Program-made: the position numbers and the translations under genes | NCBI GenBank assembly: GCA_022791055.1 | Contig: JAAVYI010000022.1 | Location: 4,280 to 68,279 of the forward strand | DNA: 64,000 nucleotides | Direction: 5' to 3' | Source: Clostridia bacterium | Lineage (GTDB): Bacteria; Bacillota; Clostridia; Christensenellales; Pumilibacteraceae | Notes under the pieces: model-generated | Told to the model about the DNA's origin: nothing | Databases searched by the model: none | Seen by the model: only the letters and a program-made list of their open reading frames with translations | In this document: positions 58,580-64,000 of the stretch, piece by piece | How positions within the stretch are numbered: position 1 is the first letter of the stretch | How the letters are laid out: every line of letters begins with the position of its first letter

Positions 58580-58825
58580 AGATTTGCGCTTACGCGTCAA
58601 CCTTGCCGGCGATTTTCGCGCTATGTGTTTTTAAGAACCGCTTTCGTAGCGCTGGGACGCGCGAACCTTAAAAACGCATATCACAAAATTCGTCGGCCGC
58701 AATCTTGACGCGCCGCACAAACTTTATTTACCCAATCATCGAATCGAGTTTCGCGTTGATACGGAATGGCGATTCGATTGACGCAGACACGGTCTGCAAA
58801 CAAGAAATCAGGAGGACTTTTAAAA

Positions 58826-59296
58826 ATGCCTAGAAGAAGCGGAGTCCCCAAGCGCGACGTTTTGCCCGATCCTATCTATAATTCCAAGGTCATAACCAAA
58901 CTGGTCAATCAGGTTATGCTCGACGGAAAGAAGGGAACGGCGCAGAGCATCGTTTACGGGGCTTTTGACATTATCAAAGAGAAGATGAATCTCGAGCCGA
59001 TGGACGTATTCAATCAGGCGCTCGACAACGTTAAGCCGGTGCTGGAAGTTAAGGCGCGCCGCGTCGGCGGCAGCACCTACCAGGTGCCTATCGAAATTCG
59101 TCCCGAACGTCGTCAGACACTCGCCATTCGCTGGATCGTTATGTATACGAGAAAGCGCAGCGAAAAGACGATGTGCGAGAAGTTGGCCGGCGAGCTGATG
59201 GACGCTTACAACAGCGCAGGCGCATCGGTCAAGAAGAAAGAAGAAATGCACAAAATGGCCGAGGCCAACAAGGCTTTCGCCCATTATCGTTGGTAA
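58826..59296 (+). CDS. rpsG: 30S ribosomal protein S7.
   Basis: Start at [10 protein letters not shown] with RBS CAGGAGGA. 156 aa. Confidence 0.96.
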   Translation: MPRRSGVPKRDVLPDPIYNSKVITKLVNQVMLDGKKGTAQSIVYGAFDIIKEKMNLEPMDVFNQALDNVKPVLEVKARRVGGSTYQVPIEIRPERRQTLAIRWIVMYTRKRSEKTMCEKLAGELMDAYNSAGASVKKKEEMHKMAEANKAFAHYRW

Positions 59297-59311
59297 AACG
59301 GAGTCGGACAT

Positions 59312-61423
59312 ATGGCTAGACAATTCACATTGGAAAATACCCGTAACATCGGTATCATGGCGCATATCGATGCCGGCAAGACCACCACGACCGAGCGTAT
59401 CCTGTACTACACGGGTAAGACGCATAAAATCGGCGAGGTGCACGAGGGCGCTGCTACCATGGATTGGATGGTGCAGGAGCAGGAGCGCGGTATTACCATT
59501 ACTTCGGCGGCGACCACCACGCAGTGGCGCGTCGACCGCAGCGCCGGTTCGAAAGAGCCGTTCAAGCGCATCAACATCATCGACACCCCGGGTCACGTGG
59601 ACTTTACCGTCGAGGTCGAACGTTCGTTGAAAGTGCTCGACGGCGCCGTTGCCGTATTTTGTGCGAAAGGCGGCGTCGAGCCGCAGTCGGAAACCGTTTG
59701 GCGGCAGGCCGACAAGTACGGCGTTCCGCGTATCGCCTACGTCAACAAAATGGACATCAACGGCGCAAACTTTTTCAACGTCGTCAAGATGATGAAAGAT
59801 CGTTTGGGCGCCAACCCCGTTCCCATTCAGTTGCCGATCGGCAAAGAGGACACCTTTGTCGGTATGGTCGATCTCGTGACCATGAAGGCCGATATTTATA
59901 AGGACGATATGGGCACGACGATGGATGAGGCGGAGATCCCCGACGACATGAAAGCGCTCGCCGACGAGTACCGCGCGAAGTTGATCGAGGCCGTTGCCGA
60001 AACCGACGACGCGTTGATGGAAAAATTCTTCGACGGCGTAGAGCTGACCGTCGAAGAGATCAAGACGGCGATTCGCAAGGCGACCATCAACATGACGATG
60101 AATCCGGTCTTATGCGGCACGTCGTATCGCAACAAGGGCGTGCAAAAGCTGCTCGACGCGATCGTCGAATATATGCCGTCTCCGCTCGATATTCCCCCGG
60201 TTAAGGGTACGTTGCCCGACTCGGAAAAGGAAGAGACGCGCGAGACGAGCGATGCCGCGCCTTTTGCGGGTCTTGCGTTCAAGATCATGGCCGATCCGTT
60301 TGTCGGAAAGCTGGCGTTCTTCCGTTGCTATTCCGGTAAATTGTCGGCAGGCTCGTACGTTTTGAATTCGACCAAAGGTAAGAAAGAGCGTATCGGCCGT
60401 ATTTTGATGATGCACGCCAACAACCGCAGCGAGATCGACGAGATCTACGCCGGTGACATCTGCGCGTTGGTAGGTTTGAAAGACACCACCACGGGCGACA
60501 CGCTTTGCGACGCCGATCATCCGATCGTACTCGAGAGCATGGAATTCCCCGATCCGGTTATCCGCGTCGCCATCGAACCGAAAACCAAGGCCGGACAGGA
60601 AAAGATGACCATGGCGCTCATCAAGCTGGCCGAAGAAGATCCTACGTTCAAGACTTACACCGACCAGGAGACGGGGCAGACCATTATCGCCGGTATGGGC
60701 GAGTTGCACCTCGAAATCATCGTCGACCGCTTGCTCCGCGAGTTCAAGGTCGAGGCCAACGTCGGCAAGCCGCAGGTTGCGTACCGCGAAGCCATCACCA
60801 AGCAAGTCGAGGTCGAAGGCAAGTACGTGCGTCAGTCGGGCGGTAAAGGTCAGTACGGACATTGTAAAATCGTTATGGAGCCGCTCGAGCCGGGTAAAGG
60901 CTACGAGTTCGTCGATAAGACGGTCGGCGGCTCGATCCCGAAAGAGTATATCCCGGCTATCGACAACGGTATCAAGGAAGCCAAGATGAGCGGTATATTG
61001 GCCGGCTACGAGTGCGTTGACTTCCGCGTAACGGTTGTCGACGGAAGCTACCACGAAGTCGACTCGTCCGAAATGGCGTTCAAGATCGCCGGATCGATGG
61101 CGTTCAAAGAGGGTATGCGCAAAGCGGGCGCGATTTTGATGGAACCGATCATGAAAGTCGAAATCGTGTTGCCGGAAGAGTACCTCGGCGACGTTATGGG
61201 CAACGTAAGTTCGCGCCGCGGCAATCTCTTGGGTATGGAATCGGTCAACGGTTCGCAAGAGATCAAGGCGGAGATCCCGCTGTCCGAAATGTTCGGCTAT
61301 GCGACCGACTTGCGCAGCCGCACACAGGGCCGCGGTCAGTACACCATGACGTTCGACCATTATTCGGAAGTACCCAAGAATGTTGCCGAAAAAATTATCG
61401 GCGACCGCAACAAAAACAATTAA
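59312..61423 (+). CDS. fusA: Elongation factor G.
   Basis: 703 aa with G-domain motifs ([17 protein letters not shown]). Confidence 0.97.
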   Translation: MARQFTLENTRNIGIMAHIDAGKTTTTERILYYTGKTHKIGEVHEGAATMDWMVQEQERGITITSAATTTQWRVDRSAGSKEPFKRINIIDTPGHVDFTVEVERSLKVLDGAVAVFCAKGGVEPQSETVWRQADKYGVPRIAYVNKMDINGANFFNVVKMMKDRLGANPVPIQLPIGKEDTFVGMVDLVTMKADIYKDDMGTTMDEAEIPDDMKALADEYRAKLIEAVAETDDALMEKFFDGVELTVEEIKTAIRKATINMTMNPVLCGTSYRNKGVQKLLDAIVEYMPSPLDIPPVKGTLPDSEKEETRETSDAAPFAGLAFKIMADPFVGKLAFFRCYSGKLSAGSYVLNSTKGKKERIGRILMMHANNRSEIDEIYAGDICALVGLKDTTTGDTLCDADHPIVLESMEFPDPVIRVAIEPKTKAGQEKMTMALIKLAEEDPTFKTYTDQETGQTIIAGMGELHLEIIVDRLLREFKVEANVGKPQVAYREAITKQVEVEGKYVRQSGGKGQYGHCKIVMEPLEPGKGYEFVDKTVGGSIPKEYIPAIDNGIKEAKMSGILAGYECVDFRVTVVDGSYHEVDSSEMAFKIAGSMAFKEGMRKAGAILMEPIMKVEIVLPEEYLGDVMGNVSSRRGNLLGMESVNGSQEIKAEIPLSEMFGYATDLRSRTQGRGQYTMTFDHYSEVPKNVAEKIIGDRNKNN

Positions 61424-61448
61424 ATTTTCAAAAACCTTGTAAAAACGA

Positions 61449-61477
61449 TTGTCTAAATTTTGAAAGTAAGGTATAAT
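61449..61477 (+). promoter_or_regulatory. Internal promoter TTGTCT-17-TATAAT in front of tuf.
   Basis: Read from the sequence, about 45 nt upstream of the tuf ATG. Confidence 0.45.
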
Positions 61478-61520
61478 AGAGGCAATCGAGCATTAAAAAT
61501 TTTTTCGGAGGAAAACAAAT

Positions 61521-62723
61521 ATGGCAAAGGCAAAGTTTGACAGAAGCAAGCCTCACGTAAACGTAGGCACCATCGGCCACGTTGACCACGGTAAAACCAC
61601 GCTGACCGCAGCTATCACCATGACGCTGGCCGGCAAAGGCTTGTCGGAAAAGAAAGATTACGCAGACATCGACTCGGCGCCCGAGGAAAAGGCCCGCGGT
61701 ATTACGATTAACACCGCGCACGTCGAGTACCAGACGGCTAAGCGTCACTATGCGCACGTGGACTGCCCGGGCCACGCCGACTACGTTAAGAACATGATCA
61801 CCGGTGCTGCGCAGATGGACGGCGCGATCCTCGTCGTTGCTGCGACCGACGGCGCCATGCCCCAGACCAAAGAGCACATTCTGCTCGCCCGTCAGGTCGG
61901 CGTGCCCCGTATCGTTGTGTTCATGAACAAGACCGACCAAGTCGACGACGCCGAGATTCTCGAGCTCGTCGAAATGGAAATCCGCGAGCTGCTCTCCGAG
62001 TACAGCTTCGACGGCGACAACACCCCGGTCATCAAGGGTTCGGCGCTTAAGGCGCTCGAGGCTGCGCAAGGCGGCAACGTCGACGGCGACGAGTGCAAGC
62101 CTATCTTCGAATTGATGGACGCTGTCGACACTTGGATTCCCGATCCGGCGCGCGAAGTCGACAAGCCGTTCTTGATGCCTGTCGAAGACGTGTTCACCAT
62201 CACCGGCCGCGGCACCGTTGCTACCGGCAGAGTCGAGCGCGGCACCATCAAGATCCAGGAACCCGTCGAGATCGTCGGTATCAAACCCACCCAGACTTCG
62301 GTTATCACCGGTATCGAAATGTTCCGTAAGTCGCTCGACTTCGCACAGGCCGGCGACAACGCAGGCGTTCTGCTGCGCGGCATCGACAAGAAGAACATCG
62401 AGCGCGGACAGGTTATCTGCAAGCCCGGTTCGATCACCCCGCACACCGAGTTCAAGGCTGAGGTGTACGTTCTGAAAAAGGAAGAGGGCGGCCGTCATAC
62501 CCCGTTCTTGAACGGCTACCGTCCGCAGTTCTACTTCCGTACCACCGACGTGACCGGCACCATCGAACTGCCGAAGGGCGTTGAAATGGTCATGCCCGGC
62601 GACAACGTGACGATCGAAGTCAAGTTGATCGCGCCGATCGCTGCCGAAAAGGGTCTCCGCTTCGCTATCCGCGAGGGCGGCCGCACGGTTGGCTCCGGTG
62701 TTATCGCCGAGATCATTAAATAA
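61521..62723 (+). CDS. tuf: Elongation factor Tu.
   Basis: 400 aa with [21 protein letters not shown]. Confidence 0.98.
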   Translation: MAKAKFDRSKPHVNVGTIGHVDHGKTTLTAAITMTLAGKGLSEKKDYADIDSAPEEKARGITINTAHVEYQTAKRHYAHVDCPGHADYVKNMITGAAQMDGAILVVAATDGAMPQTKEHILLARQVGVPRIVVFMNKTDQVDDAEILELVEMEIRELLSEYSFDGDNTPVIKGSALKALEAAQGGNVDGDECKPIFELMDAVDTWIPDPAREVDKPFLMPVEDVFTITGRGTVATGRVERGTIKIQEPVEIVGIKPTQTSVITGIEMFRKSLDFAQAGDNAGVLLRGIDKKNIERGQVICKPGSITPHTEFKAEVYVLKKEEGGRHTPFLNGYRPQFYFRTTDVTGTIELPKGVEMVMPGDNVTIEVKLIAPIAAEKGLRFAIREGGRTVGSGVIAEIIK

Positions 62724-62750
62724 GTTTAAAAACTTTTTGTCATCAAGCAA

Positions 62751-62786
62751 AAAGCCCGAAGACTTTTGAAGTCCTCGGGCTTTTGC
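62751..62786 (+). terminator. Rho-independent terminator after tuf.
   Basis: GCCCGAAGAC-TTTTGAA-GTCCTCGGGC followed by TTTTG. Confidence 0.7.
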
Positions 62787-62938
62787 ATATGCGCAAAAAC
62801 GCAAAACATAAATTTTTTAATAGGGTAGAATATGCGACAAAACGTCGGGTGCGACGTAGTGCCGAATATGAGGCTGTTTAGTTGCTGTCGGTTAAAACGG
62901 CCATGCAAAAAGAAAGGGACAGCACCGCATTCGACCGC

Positions 62939-63205
62939 CTACATGCGTTTGGCGTGTTTGCGTTCTTCTTTCAAGGCTTTCTTTTGCGCTTTTTGAAATT
63001 CTTTTTCCAGCTTTTTAAGCCCCTTGTCGTCAATGGTGGGGATATAGGTGTCGCCTTCGCGGCGCACAAGGCCGCGGACAGCCAGCTCGCCTAAAATTTT
63101 GCCGGCGCGCGTCGGGTCGAGCATGTATTCGATCTGCAATTTTTGTTTGCCGATCGTCGATTGATTGCGGTAACGCTTGGCGATGTCAACGATGTATTCG
63201 TCCAT
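62939..63205 (-). CDS. Small hypothetical protein (possible winged-helix fold).
   Basis: 88 aa with a Lys-rich C-terminus. No family recognised from the sequence alone. Confidence 0.3.
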   Translation of the reverse strand: MDEYIVDIAKRYRNQSTIGKQKLQIEYMLDPTRAGKILGELAVRGLVRREGDTYIPTIDDKGLKKLEKEFQKAQKKALKEERKHAKRM

Positions 63206-63347
63206 TTCGGCCTCCTGAAAAAGTATACGTTTATTGTACCCCGATTTTTCGGAAAAGTCAACAGAATAGGCGGATCATGGCTGTAACAACGCGCTGTCAT
63301 CGCGGGCGCACAAACGGTGCATAATGACGACGGTGACGGGTAAAAAA

Positions 63348-63469
63348 GGAATGTGTAAAGGACATTCCTTGATTGTCATTGCGAGGAGCGAGGGGCGAGC
63401 GACGAAGCAATCTCTTGCGTTTATTTCGTTCCGCATGTCAGAGATTGATTCACTGCGTTCGCAATGACA
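63348..63469 (+). other. Structured noncoding element in the leader of the downstream ABC gene.
   Basis: Perfect hairpin GGAATGT-GTAAAGG-ACATTCC (63348..63368). Then the 11-nt inverted repeat TGTCATTGCGA (63374) / TCGCAATGACA (63459), enclosing a degenerate copy of the GTCATTGCGAG repeat. Confidence 0.4.
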
Positions 63470-63717
63470 GGGGCGCGACGGCGGTTCACAATGTCGGATA
63501 GCCGAACAATAAAGCGTGCTTCGGCGCGCCGAATGCTTTCACCGAACGGACACATGTTTTTAATGGGATTCTAATTTCCTATCGGTTGACAGATTGCCGA
63601 CGGACAGTATATACTTTATAGTACGGAAGTGTACCCGATGCCGACACATTTTACGGGCAAAATCCCGGGCCATATGGGTACCGCCTAAAAAATAGCATAC
63701 TTGAACGGAGACAAACA

Positions 63718-64000
63718 TGCTGCATTTACAGAACATCGTCAAGGACTACGTAGCGGGCGATACCACGGTACGCGCGCTCAAAGGCATCGACCTAACGTTC
63801 CGCAAGTCGGAATTTGTGGCGATTTTGGGCGCGTCGGGCTGCGGCAAAACGACGCTACTGAACATCGTCGGCGGACTTGACCGCTACACCGACGGCGATC
63901 TGATCATTCGCGGCAAATCGACCAAGCAGTTCAAGGCCTACGACTGGGACGCGTACCGCAACTCGTGTATCGGCTTTGTCTTTCAGAACTATAATTTGAT
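63718..64000 (+). CDS. ABC transporter ATP-binding protein (MacB/lipoprotein-release-like), 3' partial.
   Basis: Walker A GASGCGKTT. Runs off the window end. Confidence 0.85.

Noticed and set aside
60110-62804. Long minus-strand ORFs opposite fusA (60110..61360) and tuf (61428..62804).
   Set aside because: Antisense to two of the most conserved genes. No support.
1-64000. Searched for tRNA/rRNA genes and CRISPR arrays.
   Set aside because: No GGTTCGAATCC-type T-arm with acceptor stems, no rRNA-like stretch, and no regularly spaced short repeats. The 27-bp repeats at 21851/21954 occur only twice with a 76-bp spacer.

Overview
This is a high-GC Firmicutes (Clostridia-like) chromosomal window. 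It is dominated by the complete S10-spc-alpha ribosomal-protein superoperon (rpsJ through rplQ, about 10.9-27.1 kb, including secY, adk, map, a small KOW protein, infA, rpmJ and rpoA) and, about 31 kb further on, the str operon (rpsL-rpsG-fusA-tuf, 58.2-62.7 kb).

Upstream of the superoperon lie a 5'-partial trxB, corA, an FmdB-type zinc-ribbon protein, a nitroreductase, an AraC regulator, a lipoprotein with tandem C-terminal domains, and a Bce-like antimicrobial-peptide module (OmpR-type response regulator, intramembrane-sensing histidine kinase, ABC ATPase, 10-TM FtsX permease).

The ribosomal operons are separated by an accessory stretch (27-58 kb) containing:
- a YwaF-like membrane protein, an APH-family phosphotransferase, DegV and an NfeD-flotillin pair;
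- a putative glycoside hydrolase;
- a repeat-flanked two-gene nuclease-like cassette (PD-(D/E)xK-like protein plus a frameshifted beta-CASP MBL hydrolase);
- AraC, a large secreted FIVAR-repeat surface protein, a sugar ABC transporter, a nucleoside hydrolase and a GH5-like lipoprotein;
- a leaderless RlmD-like methyltransferase, citrate synthase, MmcQ, a ComEC-like MBL membrane protein, glpK and an ALDH;
- a cluster of three XRE-type regulators, FprA and two tandem paralogous membrane proteins.

The window ends with a 3'-partial ABC ATPase. No rRNA, tRNA, CRISPR array, integrase or transposase was recognised.

Noteworthy non-genic signals:
- several near-consensus TTGACA-17-TATAAT promoters;
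- homopolymeric G9 tracts placed in a promoter spacer and in the 5' end of a lipoprotein CDS (candidate phase-variation switches);
- dispersed intergenic repeat families, one of which is inserted inside the spc operon between rpmD and rplO;
- an L24 variant with a putative zinc ribbon and a long Lys-rich tail.
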